DNA of 64,000 nucleotides from the human T2T-CHM13v2.0 reference genome, Homo sapiens. The notes below the pieces were generated by a model. The model saw nothing but the letters and a program-made list of their open reading frames with translations. It was not told where the DNA came from and searched no databases. Within the stretch, counting starts at the first letter, position 1, and each line of letters starts with the position of its first letter. Both the position numbers and the translations under genes were made by a program. The DNA lies in the NCBI RefSeq assembly GCF_009914755.1, contig NC_060937.1. One strand, given 5' to 3'. Positions 30,555 through 43,770 of this stretch are shown piece by piece.

Positions 30555-32102
30555 ATTTAATCAGTTATTCATTTAGCAAATATTAAGAAAGTATTTATAT
30601 GCAATACACACTATAATAATTGCTGGTCTTTGCCATTAAAATCCATACATTTTGATGGAAAATAGTGTAAGAGAAGAAGTGAAATTCCTGCTTATCCAGC
30701 ATTTGCCAGGTTTTGGGGACATTGTACAAGGCATATTATTTAATCTTTCTTACTATCATCACCAACATCATGTTGGCCCTGATCCACTGAGCACTTACTA
30801 TGTGCCTGATGCTAAACCAAGTGTTTCTTATTAATTTCTTCAGTCCTGTCCACTTGCTTGCTCATACATCATAAATGGCAAATTCCAACTCAGGTCTGCC
30901 CTCATCTAAAACCTGTGCTCCCAACCACCAGCGAACATGGACAGCACTCAACTTATGGGTAACAAAGCAAGACCATGGAAGTTAGGTAATAGTCTAAGGT
31001 CTACAACAGGAAACAAAACCAAGCTTTGAACCTGATCCATTTTCTTGCCAATCCCTGTTTTTTCCACCATACTCCCTCAGCATCCCATTGTCAAGATCCC
31101 AAACCATCTGAGATTCAGAATAAACATGTTGGATTTCAAAAGAAATTATTTGAAACAGTTAAGCCTCAGAAAATGTATTCTGTTTGGACCATTTTCTTTT
31201 TAAAGACTGTAAGAAATCTTATTTATAGTGTTTAATTTCACTTCTCGTTTTATTAACATGACTGAGGTGGTATTTTTTCTTTTCTGTTATAACCTGCTGA
31301 TTTCTTAGGCTATATTATTTTATGATGCATCCTTTAAGTTTTTTCTATTATTTCACACTGAGTGTTTTAATAGGATTTTAGAAATTTTCCATTTTATTCT
31401 CAGAAAAAGATTTCTTTCTTGGAAAGGTTTTCTTTGGTACATTTCCAGCTGAGGAATGGTCTCCCTTGTGATATCAAAGGTTGCTAGCTCTCTGTTCTCT
31501 CCTATTGGTCTATGGAGATGAGCTTTTAATATTTATTTCTAAGGGCTGTTTTCTCTGTTTATAGCCTGCTGTTGAAATGAGCAGCTCAATGAACTTCTTA
31601 ATGAAGGTGGTTGAAGCATTTCCTTTTGCTTTCATTTCTATTGCTTTTGAAATGATAGCGTGGTAAACAGTTTCAGCGCTTTTAAAACTTTCTGTGAACT
31701 TGCAATGCCCTAGTAAATAATCCTGAAATCGTTAATTGGCATAAAGAGTCACTGAGCTTAGAATTATATTGTTTTCAGCAAACAGTCATGCTTTTGAGCT
31801 TATATTATCTCTTCAATAAATTGTATTAAATTCAATCTCTATAAGGCTTTAGTGATAAAAGCTACATCTGGCATTAAGGTTCATTATGTATTATATTCCA
31901 ATGTAATACAGAGCCCCAAACCTGTGACATTAAATCAGTACTTCAGCAGAAGAAAATTGTTTGAGAGAAACAGGAAGATTTTCAAGAGTCCTGTGAGAGT
32001 CCTCTTACACTATTAATTTGACTTTCGGTTATTTATTATTTTCTTTATTACATTCTCCAGTGAATTTCAGGTAGGCTAAAGTTCTTTTTAAAATATAGGC
32101 TC

Positions 32103-32400
<298 letters not shown>

Positions 32401-32667
32401 AAAATGTAGGCTCTAAAATCTTGAAACTACATCTTTTTTAGGGTCTTACATCAATTGATAGATGCTTACTGTCTAATATTCCAGTTGAGTAAACCAATTC
32501 CTGAAATAAATTGCCTATGATTAGAAGATGAATTGTTTTTCAAGAAATGAGAATACAATAACCTTTTTTGGCAATGATACCCTAAAAACAGGAAACTTGT
32601 CTTCTCAAAGGTAGGTAATTTTCCACCAGGTATGAGTTATTCACTGGGAAGGGTCAGGTCAGACCAT

Positions 32668-32724
32668 ATCTATCTATTTATTACCTATCTATCCATCTAT
32701 CTATCACAAATCTATCTATCATCT
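32668..32724. repeat. (TATC)n/(TAGC)n compound microsatellite
   Basis: Degenerate TATC units followed by CTAGCTAGCTAGCTAGCTAGCT. Confidence 0.85.
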
Positions 32725-33619
32725 AGCTAGCTAGCTAGCTAGCTGTCATCACTGACTTCAATGGAAGAATTTATTCAATTGAGAAATTGTTACTGATGTA
32801 TCAACATTATTTGAGCATATATGGCATATGATGATGATAGTTTTAATTATAGGCAATCTAAATAGATAAAAGGGATTGTCTTTTCTCTTTAATTGCTTGT
32901 GATCTAATGAAAGTTAAAGCATGCATTCAACATGAATTACAGGAGAATATCTCTGAAACAACTGCTAAAGAGTATATGATAATATGTTTTAGAATAGCAC
33001 CAACAGAAATGACAAGTTCAAGAACACAGACAGCCTTGGAAGTGGACTGGCAGTGAGTAAATGGAATAAACTTCTAACGGCCAGAGTTGTACTTGCTATC
33101 ATGAGCAGAATGAGGAATGTGTGTCAGGCCTCTGCTCTACACAACCTTAAGAGGAATTAGTCACTTGTGTTCTCTTTTCTTGGCAGTATTTCACACTGGA
33201 TATGAGGAGAATCTAGCTCTGGCAAGTTCTGTAATTTCCAGGCTTGATTCTGCTTGATAGATTCCTGCTATAGAGGGTAATACAGTCAAATAAGGGAAAT
33301 TGTTCTATGGTTCAGGTATGGAGAAGAAAATGCTGGACACTCCCATGAAGATTCAAACTCCAGTCTTAGGAAATTCAAAGCCATCTGTGACTATCCTTCT
33401 CTTATTTCTCACTATTAATTTGTCCTGAAGAGTGTCTCTTTAATCCTTGTCCCCAATTCTTTAATTACAAAAAGAGCCATCATGGGCTCAGTGCCTACCA
33501 TGTCCTACACACTGGTATCACCATCTCTTCTTAATGATACCAGGATGATCTTCCTGAGTCCTATATTTGTACAAGTAATTATTCTAATTAGTGGCTCTTC
33601 ATTGAACAGAAGTTAAGGC

Positions 33620-33900
33620 AATTGTTAAGAGGAATAGCTTTTATTCAGACTGTCAGAATCTTGTAACCCTAATCATATTACTAAATATTTTAGTTCCTTA
33701 CCTGTAAAATGGAAAAAAAATATTTCACTCACTTTACTTATTAGGAAACATTTATTGAGATCTTGCTATGAGGCTGATGCTACTCTAGATCTGAGAGATA
33801 CAGCAATGAACTAGACAGGAAAGCTCCCCACCCTCATGAAGGTTACATTCTAGCGGGCCATAGACAAGATCCAAGGAGAAGGACTACATGTCCTCTGACC
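33620..33900. mobile_element. MIR fragment (+) abutting an L2 3' end (-)
   Basis: TAGTTCCTTACCTGTAAAATGG is MIR-core-like. AAACATTTATTGAG...GATACAGCAATGAAC...CCCTCATGAAGGTTACATTCTAG is antisense L2. Confidence 0.65.
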
Positions 33901-34842
33901 TGGAGGATCTCAAAACTGCTAGAGGGATGAACAAAAAAATAAGTCATTATTTAGGCAAATACGAGCATTTGAAATAGATATAATCTCTTTCATCCTCAAT
34001 GTTTGCTATAAAGAGGTGTGAATTATGCATGTAAATAAAGACGAACAAAATAATCTACATTTGCTTGAACATTCCTTGTGAAAACACAGCAAACATCATA
34101 AGAAATTGGGAGTAATTCGTTTATAAAGTCACTGAAAGCATGCCACCAAGATTTCCCAGCTCAGTTCTTGGTGCGCAGTAAGAATCCATTAAAAGTTAAC
34201 AGCCAGTAGGAGCACTTCCTTAGTTGAATTCCAGCCTCCTTTGTCAGCCCCCACCCCAGCTAATCCACCCCACCTTACCCCTGTGTAAAAGCAATATGCC
34301 AGCTTTTTGGGACCAGGAGTTCTCCGGCCCTGAATCAGCAAATTAGTCTAAAATACATCTCAAATTCTGCTTCTTATTTTACATTTTGTCCCCTTTCATC
34401 ATTATAATGCTTAGAACTGGGAGGATTTTGTGAGGGGAAACCTCGTATAAGCAGCTTATAAGTCAGAAAATTAAACACACTTTTATATTAGATAAAACTT
34501 AATGGTTTAGAATTGATTTTATTGTATATTCAGGCTTTGAAAATTCATCCTGCTAACGTGTACATAGGATGAAAATAGAAATGTCATTAGCCAAATCTGC
34601 CCAGACACTTTTTGTTTTCTTCGTGAAGTGATTTACAATACTGAATGTGAATATCTTTATATGGGGTAAGGACTCTCCATTTTGCCAAAGCCCTAACAAG
34701 CTATGCTTTTTTCACCTGATGTCTGTACTCATTTAAATTATGGACATGCTCCCTGTGGCCACATAAGGTTGCCATCTCTAATAGTTAAATAAATGATAAC
34801 CTTCTCCTAGGCAATATATTTGATTGAAAACAGAACAATTTA

Positions 34843-34961
34843 TCTGTAATGCCAGCTACTCAAGAGGCTGAGGTGGGAAAATCTCTTGAGCACAGAAGTT
34901 AGAGTCCAGCCTGGGAAACACAGTAAGAACCCCATCCATCAATTAAAAAAAAAAAAAAAAA
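34843..34961 (+). mobile_element. Alu monomer (FLAM-like)
   Basis: CTGTAATGCCAGCTACTCAAGAGGCTGAGGTGGG...CCAGCCTGGG followed by poly-A. Confidence 0.85.
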
Positions 34962-37671
34962 CTAGGCTAAAATGCCTAGTACTCTTAATATTCATGCCAT
35001 GTGAAAGGGAATCCGTATTAAAGTTTAGACTCTGATCAAGCTAGCTGAAGGACAAGTAAACACTAAGAAGCGAAGAAAAAAACATACAAACAAAAAAGAC
35101 TGCAGCAAAATACACTGGTTCTTATTCCCATCACCAATAATAATAAAATCCTAAAACCACCCCATACTATCTTGGATAATGATGAAAAACACAATTAAAT
35201 AAAAATGGTATTTTTAAAACACACTATTATGTTTATAGTATACAATCTATAAAGCTAACCAAGAGAATTTCTGGGGCATGACTGTTGTTAGAGACAAGAT
35301 AATAAAACTTCCTGGTGCTCTCAAATTATATTAGACATTTATATTGTTTATTGCAAATAATGAATATAATTATGTTCCTGGAGGAAAATCTTTCCACAAC
35401 TTGAATTCAATGACATCATAAACTTCTAGAAAATAAAGTCTAGGAACCCCTCAATTGAAATTTATGTTCATGCTGCTGGAAGGAGATTGGGACCTGTTTG
35501 TGAACAGTTTATTATAGAATTACAGTGAGAATACTGTAGAGGGTGAGAGTAAGTGTTTAACGTAATCCTCATGATAACTGCGAAGCAAAACATAACAGTA
35601 GATACAAAAATAAATAAAGAAAGAAAAAGGAATCAAAACATATCACTACAGAAAATAATCAAATCACAAAGAAAGACAGCAAAAGAGGAACAAAGAAACT
35701 ACAAAACAATGAGAAGGCAGTTAACAAAATGTTGGTAGTAAGTCCTTACCTATAAATAATTATCTTGAACCCAAATGGATTAAATTCTTCAATCAAAGGA
35801 CATAGAGTAATTAAATGGATTTTTTTAAAAGACCCAATTATATACTTCCTAAAAGAGACTCACTTTAGCTTTAAGGAGTGGCCATACATATTTCAGACAA
35901 AATAGAGTTTAAGTCAAAAACTGTAACAGGAACCAAAGAAGGTCACAATATAATAATAAATACAATCTTCACTATTTATCAAGAGGATATAAAAATTATA
36001 AATATGTATTCACCCAATTTCAGAGCATCTAAGTATATAAAGAAAGTATTAACAGATCTAATGGGAGAGATAGACAGCAATCCAAGGCTAGTAGGGAACT
36101 TCTATACACTCACTTTCAACAATGGATAGATCATCCAGACAGAAAATCAAAAACATTGGACTCTATAAAGATTATTTGAATAGGTGTTTAAATAAGGACA
36201 TTTTAGACCAAATAGGCCTAACAAACGTATCCAGAATATCCCATCCCATAGAAGCATACAACCTAACAAGACTAAATCACGAAAAAATAGAAAATCTGAA
36301 GAGACCAATAACAAGTAAGGAAATTATATCAGGAATCAAAAACATCCTATCAAAGAAAAACCCAGAATGTGATGCTTTCATTGATAAATTCTACTAAACA
36401 TTTAAAGAAAAATTAAATACTAATCATTCTCAAATCCTTCTTTAAAAATTAAAGAGTAGGGAATACTTCTAAACTGATTTTACAAGGCCAGCATTACCCT
36501 GATAACAAAGCCAAACAAAGGTATTGCTAAAAAAGAAAATTATGAACCAGTATCCCCTATGAATATAGATGCAAAAATCCTCAACAAAACACTAGCAAAC
36601 CACATTTGACAGCACATTAAAAGGATCACACCATGATCAAGTGAGATTTATTTCAGGAATACAAGGATGGTTCAAAATATACAAATATATGAATGTGATA
36701 CACCACATTAACAGAATGAAGGATGAAAATCATGTGATCATCTTAATAGAAGAGGTAGCTAAAACCATCTTGTACAAGAAGAACGAAGCTGTGATTTGTT
36801 TCTTATTTCAAATTATATTATGAATCTATAGTAATCCAAACAGCACAGTACTAGCTCTAGCTTAAAGAAAAGCACATAGATTAGGGATACAGAACTGACA
36901 GCCCAGAAATAAAAGTGCCAAGTAAACACAATGAGAAAAGGATAGTATCTTCCGTAATTGGTGTTGGGAAAATTGGATATTTATATGCAAAAAAAAAAGA
37001 AAGAAATTGGATCCTTACCTTATACCATACATACAAATCAACTCAAAATGGATTAAAGACTAATAATGTAGGACCTGAGACCATAAAATTTCTAGAATAA
37101 AACATATGGGAAAGGCTGCATGATATTGGCCTTGCCAATCAATTTTTGGATATGACACCAAAGCAAACATAACAAAAGCAAAAATAAACAAGTGAGACTG
37201 TATCAAGTTTCTTCATGGCAAAGAGAACAAATCAACAAAATGAAAAGGCAACTTACAGGATGGAAGAAAATATTTGCAAACTATATATCTGATAAGGGGT
37301 TAATATGCAAAATAACCATACACTAAAAGATCTATACACTGAAACTATAAAACATTGATGAAATAAATTAAACAAGACACAGTATAGGCCATATATAACA
37401 AATTCACAGCTATTATCATCCTCAATGGCGAAAAGTTGAAAGCTTTTCTTCTGAGATCAGGAACAAGACAAGGATGCCTACTCTCACCACTTCTATTCAA
37501 CATGGTATATTGAACGTCCTAGCCAGAGAAATAAGGGACATTCCTGCTATTCCTACTTTGTTGAGAGTTTTTATCATTAAAAAGTTGAATTTTGTCAAAT
37601 GCTTTTCTCTGCATCTATTGAGATGATCACATGATTTTTGTCTTTCATTGTGTTAATGTGGTATATCACAT

Positions 37672-37866
37672 ATGTCATGAATGCATAGAATATATGTAGA
37701 CACTAGTCTATTTTATGGGTTAATCAATGGTTTATGTTATTGGTAAAGCTTGAGGTCAACAGTAGGCTATTAGTAGTTACGTTTTTGGAAAGTCAAAAGT
37801 TAAATGTAAATTTTCAACTGTGAGAGGTATATTCTCCTAATCCCTGTGTCATTCAAGGGTCAATTA
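37672..37866 (+). mobile_element. Partial Tigger2-derived element (right part)
   Basis: Ends TTCAAGGGTCAATT. About 80% similar by eye to 38717-38926. Confidence 0.85.
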
Positions 37867-38549
37867 TTGAATGGAATGTTATTCAGCCTTAAAAAAAAAT
37901 AAATTCTGCCATTTTACATGGATGAGTCTGAAGAATGTAATGCTGTTTGAAATAAGCCAGACACAGAAAGACAAATACTGAATGATCTCACTTATATGTG
38001 GGACCTAAAAAAAATAGCCAAATAAATAAATGTAAAATTGAAAATTAAACTTAAAATTTTAAAATTTAAAAGTGAGAAAAGGACTTAAATAGACATTTAT
38101 CTAAGTAATATAAACAATTGGCCACCAGGTATATGAAAAATGCTCAACAGTGCTAATAGTCAGGGAAATGCAAATCAAAACCACAATGAGGTAACACCTC
38201 AAACTGTTTGGATGGCTACTATCAGAAAGTGAAAAGATAACAAGTGTTGTCAAGGATGTGTAGAAAAGGAGACACTTATAAAACGTGAGTGGAAATGTAA
38301 CTTGGTACAGCCATTATGGAAAAATGTATGAAGTTTCCACAAAAAATTAAAAATAAAACTATACAATTATGCAATTATATTTTGGGTATACATTTAAAGG
38401 AAAGAAAATCACTATCTTGAAGAGATATCTGTATTCCCATGTTCATTGTAGCATTAGTCACATAGCCAAGATAAACAATGTGGGTGTTCATTGACTGTTG
38501 AATGGATAAAGAAAATGTGGTATATATTTATGTTATGTATATATGAACA

Positions 38550-38926
38550 CAGTTGACCAGTGAACAACACAAATATGAAATGTGTGGCTCCAGTTATAGA
38601 CAGATATTTTTCAATAAATATACTGGAAAAATTTTTGGAGATTTGTGATGATTTGAAAAAATGTACAGATAAACCATATAGCCTAGAAATATTTTTTAAA
38701 TTGAGAAAAAAAGATGTATCATGAAGGCATAGAGTATATATAGTTACTAGTCTATTTATGGGTTAATTAACTGTTTCTGTCATTGGTAAATCTTGCAATC
38801 AACAATAGCTATTAGTAGTTAAGTTTTTGGAAAATTAAAAGTTTTTGGAAAATTAAAAGTTAAATGTAGGTTTTCAACTGTGAGGTATCAATCCCCCTAA
38901 CCACTGTGTTGCTCAAGAGTCAATTG
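38550..38926 (+). mobile_element. Internally deleted Tigger2-family element within the L1 ORF2 end
   Basis: TIRs CAGTTGACCAGTGAACAACAC and GTGTTGCTCAAGAGTCAATTG, followed by TA. Confidence 0.87.
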
Positions 38927-39358
38927 TAGAATGGAATATTACTCAGCCTTTAAATAAAAAAAGAAATTCTGTCATTATGACAACATGGATGAATCTGGAG
39001 AATATAATGCTATCTGAAATATGCCAAACACAGAGACAAATACTGAATGATCTCACTTATATGTGAAAGCAAAAAAACTTAAATTTATAAAAACAAAGAG
39101 TAGAATGATGGTTATCTGGGATCAGGATGTGGGACGAAATGGGAAGATGTTGGTTAAAAGGTACAAATTTGCAGTTCTAAGATGAGTAAGTTCTGGAGAC
39201 TTAATGTACAGCATGATGACTATGGTTAATAATTATGTGTTGCATACTTAAAACTTGCTAAGATAATAGAATTTAAGTATTCTTAACATACACACAAAAA
39301 GGTAACTGTGAGATAATAGCTAAGTTAATTAACTTGATTGTAGTAATCATTTGACAAC

Positions 39359-39799
39359 TGATAGGGTTTGGAGATTTGTCCCCTCCAAATCTCATGCTGA
39401 AATTTGATCCCCAGTGTTGGAGACAGGACCTGGTGTGAGGTTTTTGGATCAATAGGAGGGCTCATCATGAATGTGTCGGTGCTACCCTGAAGATAATGAG
39501 CGAATTCTTGTCATATTAGTTACCATGAGAATTGATCGTTGAAAAGATCCTGGAACCTCCACTCTTTCTCTCCCTCTTTTCTTTCCCTTGCTTCTCTGTC
39601 ATCATGTGATCTCTATACATCTGCTCCACTTCACCTTTCTCCATGAGTGGAAGCTGCCTGAAGCCCTCCCATGGCACCCAGATGCTGGTGCTACCCTTCT
39701 TGTATAGCCTGCAGAACCATGAGCTAAATAAACTTCTTTTCTTTATAAATTACTCAGTCTCAGGCATTCCTTTATAGCAAAGCAAAATGGACTAAGACA
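39359..39799 (+). mobile_element. MSTB-like MaLR solo LTR nested in the L1 3'UTR
   Basis: TGATAGGGTTTGG...CCAAATCTCATGCTGAAATTTGATCCCCAGTGTTGGAG, ends GGACTAAGACA. Confidence 0.92.
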
Positions 39800-40124
39800 T
39801 CAATTTATATGTGTATCAAAATATCAAACTGTATACCTTAAATATATACAATTTCTATTTGCCAATTATACCTCAATAAAGCTGGAACAAAATGAATTAT
39901 AGTAAATGTAGACAGTGAGAGTAAGCATTTAAAAACTTTTACAGAAATTGGACATCACTGTATCTTTTTAGCATATTTGATAAAAACATGAGTCCTCCAT
40001 GAACTGGAAATTTAAAAAACAAAAACAAAAATTGGCCCTTCATCACAGATAATTTGAGAGTCCCTCTGAGATTATAACAAACCATTGTAAATTTGCTAAG
40101 CATCAGTATGTAAGTTTACTAAAA

Positions 40125-40325
40125 ACAAGGGGTTTTGTATCAGACAGATCTGGATTCAGTTCTGGGTTGGCCATGTGCTGGCTGTGTGATCTAAGGATAA
40201 TTGTTCAACTGTCTTGAGGCTCAGTTGACCATGTAACTGAAGATGAAAATAGTACCTACTTTAAGGGTTCCTTTTGGGGAATAAAATGAGATAATGTTTA
40301 TAAATAAATCAACATATTGCCTGGG
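40125..40325 (+). mobile_element. MIR
   Basis: TCAGACAGATCTGGATTC...GCTGTGTGATCT...AATAGTACCTAC...AAATGAGATAATG. Confidence 0.8.
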
Positions 40326-40374
40326 ATTATTTTTTAAAACCTTGTTACTGCTAGAGAAAGATACAACATTTATG

Positions 40375-40910
40375 CAATTGCCCTTTGAACAGTGCAAGGG
40401 TTAGAGGTGCTGACCTTCCTCCCTGCACAGTCGAAAATTTGCATACAACTTTTGAATCACCAAATTTAACTACCGATAGTCTACTGTTGACCAGAAGTCT
40501 TACTGATTATACAAAGAGTTGGTTAACACATATTTTGTATGTTATGTATTATATACTATATTGTTACAATAAAACTAAGGTAGAGAAAAGAAAATTTGAA
40601 ATATGATATTTGAATACTTAATATGATATTAAGAAAATCATAAGGAAGAGAAAATGTATTTCCTGTTTATTAAGTGGAAGTGGATCATCATGAAGGTCAT
40701 TCTCATGGTCTCTACATTGAGTTGGTTGAAGAGGAGGAAAAAGAGGGGTGGGTCTTGCTGTCTCAGGGATGGCAGTTCATCTGCAAGCTTTTCAAATTGT
40801 CACGAATCTCCAAAAATTTTCCAGTATATTTATTTTAAAAAATCTGTGTATAAAATCTGTGCATAAGTGGATGTGCACAGTTCAAACCCATGTAGTTCAA
40901 GGGTCAACAG
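40375..40910 (-). mobile_element. Tigger2a (MER28)-like element
   Basis: CAATTGCCCTTTGAACAG at one end and GTTCAAGGGTCAACAG|TA at the other. Opposite orientation to 7211-7696. Confidence 0.88.
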
Positions 40911-42879
40911 TACCTGAATTGCACCTATCACATACATAACAACTTTTGGAAAACAATAGACAAAGCAAACCTTGTACCTTTTCGTAAGATTGATTATAAT
41001 AATCAAACAATTTAGTTGTTATATGGAAATCAGATCATCTATCAAGTGAATGTTATATCTTCTAGAATTATAGACATAATTAAATCATCCTAATAAAAAC
41101 ACTGTGCTATGGGTAAACTCACATTTGTAATCCAGGGTTATTTTGTATGTCATATTCTAATTTTTTTCTCTTTTCTGTCACTAGAGGAAAAAAAAACACC
41201 CACACATATATGTTTATATATATATATATATGTTTATATGTATATGTTTATATACATATACATGAATCTCTCATTTATTTTTCTTGCCATTCTTGGCTGA
41301 AGCAATATCCTCTGTGCCAATTTTTAAAGCAACTATCTCATGCTGCAATAGGTTATTTTCCATGTCCATTTTAAGTTTAATATTTCTCACTAGACCCGTC
41401 TGCAAATGTGATTTACAGTGCCATTATCCAGTTCCCTTAGTGAGATAGATGTTTTTCCTTGGGCAATTGAAGCAAGGTTACCCATTTGTATTATCTAAGA
41501 GTCAAACCCCAAATTCTATGTGTCCATGGAAAACTGTGTCTCATGGAAAAATTTTCTGAATCCTCCTTAGAGCCGTTGTAACTAATGGAAAATCTTAGCC
41601 TCCTGTGAGAATAACAATAATAATAAACATTTGTACTTTGGCTTTAAATATTCAATATGATTTTACATATAGTATGTTGTTTTATTAACTCCTCACAAGC
41701 CAGCGAAATGGACGACCTTCCCAACTTACGAAAGAACTATACAAGCTCAGAGACAACAGCAGTCTAGCTATTAGTGTCCAAATGTTAGATGTAAGCATCC
41801 CTGCACCAAAGAGTTGTCAAGGTAATAAGTGCTGGTTATTTCTTTTATAATAGATTGCTTTCTGCTAAAAGACATTATGTTCCTCCAGTCCACTAAGCCA
41901 TATGTACCTGTCTCAATGTTAGATTATATTTGATTACCGGATTTTCTCTTAATAAAACATTTATAATCATTTCCTTTATTACGTCGATGTGCTTGGTTCC
42001 AGGAAAAATAAAGATTCATTAAATTATCAAATGCCAGTAATCGTTTTGTTTAAGGCAGTAGTGTCATATAAATATCCAAAAGTATATTTTAAATTATCAA
42101 CGTGGCTGTTTTACTCAAAATAGGAAGATAAGTTGATGTAAGCACAAAGCAGAAATATGTTTCGCTTATGAAAGTTTTCTAGATAACAAAATTGAAATGA
42201 GAAATAAATGGATAGGTGATTATTTATAGGAAGTTTGTCTAAAATTTAGCTATTTTGTTGTTTATCCAAAAGTTTAATTTGACATGTTTTCCCCAAGGGA
42301 ATAAAACGAGCAAGTGGCAAAGTCAGGCCTGAACCAAGTTTCCAGACTCCAGATGCAGATTTCTTCCTCCCTCTATGCCAGCGAGGCAGCCGTATCCATG
42401 ACTTAACTTCCACATCTCGCCAGCACGTCACCTGTATAATCCAGGGCTGTCTACCTAGGATCACCGGTGTGTTGAACTAAAGAATCTGAAAAGCCTGAGA
42501 TTGTGTTTGCTAGGGTTGGTATTTAAGCCTGTCTGAATATGCCACTTTCTAGCCAAACAAACCAAACCCAAAACGAGGGAAATCTGCCAAGACAAACTTT
42601 CAAACCCAAAGTTTAAAAACATTGGAATTACTGTCGTGTAGCACTCCAATGTAAATGTTGTCACATCGGGCCAGACTACCTGCTTACAAGAGGCCAGAAT
42701 TGTGGGAGGAGTAGATGGAAAATCGTTCGGTGTCATTGACTGGTCCTGTTGACAATGGCTAAGAACACCATCTGCCTACTCCAATATTCCTTCTCCCCTT
42801 TCTCCTTTAACAAAGCCCTGAATTTTAGGCAGACACATTGTTCTCCATGCAACAGTCTCTATTTCCTAGTGGTCCTCTT

Positions 42880-43770
42880 CCACCTTAACTCCCACAGCTT
42901 TGATTCAAACCCCATCACTTCTGGACCAAGCTGATGCAGCAAACTTCCAACGTGTTTTCCTGCCTCCTGGCTTGCCTACGTATGTATTGTTTTTCCCACT
43001 GCTGAAGGTAATCTTTAAGAAATTCAAAGCCAATCATGTTTTTATTTTCTCTGCTGAAAATTCTTTAATGAACTCTATGATTTAGACTAGGAAGGCTTAA
43101 CTCCTTAGCTTGGCAAACAAAATCCTCAAATGTCTGAGCCCTGGCCATCTTTCCAACCCCATTTTTCTGCCACTGTCTTCCAGTATATCCTATATTACAA
43201 AAATATTATATTTTTTTCAAATTTAATTTAATTTAAGTTCTGGGATACATGTGCAGGACGTGCATGTTTATTACATAGGGAAACATGTGCCATGGTGGTT
43301 TGCTGCACCTATCAACCCATCACTGAGGTATTAAGCCCCGTATGTATTAGCTATTTATCCTGATGCTCTCCTTTCCCCTGCCCCCGACAAGCCCCAGTGC
43401 TGTGTTGTTCCCCTCCCTGTGTCCATGTGTCCTCATTGTATTTTATGAATCTTCCTGAACAGACCAAACCCTTGTACACTTGTTATTTCTTCGTCTTTGT
43501 AAAAACACTTACTCATCCTTTATGAAACTCTGAAACCTCTCTTGACTCTAACCTTCTTCTCTGGGCAGAAGCCAATATTCTCTGCTATGTTCTCAAAGAA
43601 CATTATATACATTCTCATTTTATAGCTCTTATAACATTTTTATGGCTGATTATTTCCAAAAACTATCCTTCTTGAGGAAAGTGCTGTTTTTCTTTTTCAT
43701 CTTTCTATACTCAGGGCTTCCTGGAGTATCTCAATCAAAGTAGGCAGTCAATATATGTTTGATAACTGCC
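42880..43770 (+). mobile_element. Degenerate L2 interrupted by a short L1
   Basis: ACTCCTTAGCTTGGCA, ACTTACTCATCCTTTA and tail AGTAGGCAGTCAATATATGTTTGA. Confidence 0.6.
43211..43438 (-). mobile_element. Very short L1PA (about PA8-PA10) 3'UTR insertion
   Basis: TTTAAGTTCTGGGATACATGTGCAGGACGTGCA...GGTGGTTTGCTGCACCTATCAACCC. Confidence 0.93.

Larger units (their letters stand above)
35550..39891 (+). mobile_element. Rearranged old L1 (about L1MA7-MA10) mosaic with nested Tigger2 and MST
   Basis: EN/RT-derived peptides ([27 protein letters not shown]), multiple deletions, out-of-order and inverted blocks. 3' end AATTATACCTCAATAAAGCTGG. Confidence 0.9.

Noticed and set aside
32036-32076. Plus-strand CTCCAG|TGAATTTCAG|GTAGGC possible 10-nt microexon or recursive site
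   Set aside because: The donor is weaker, the length would shift frame, and there is no supporting context. It also shows such motifs arise by chance in AT-rich DNA.
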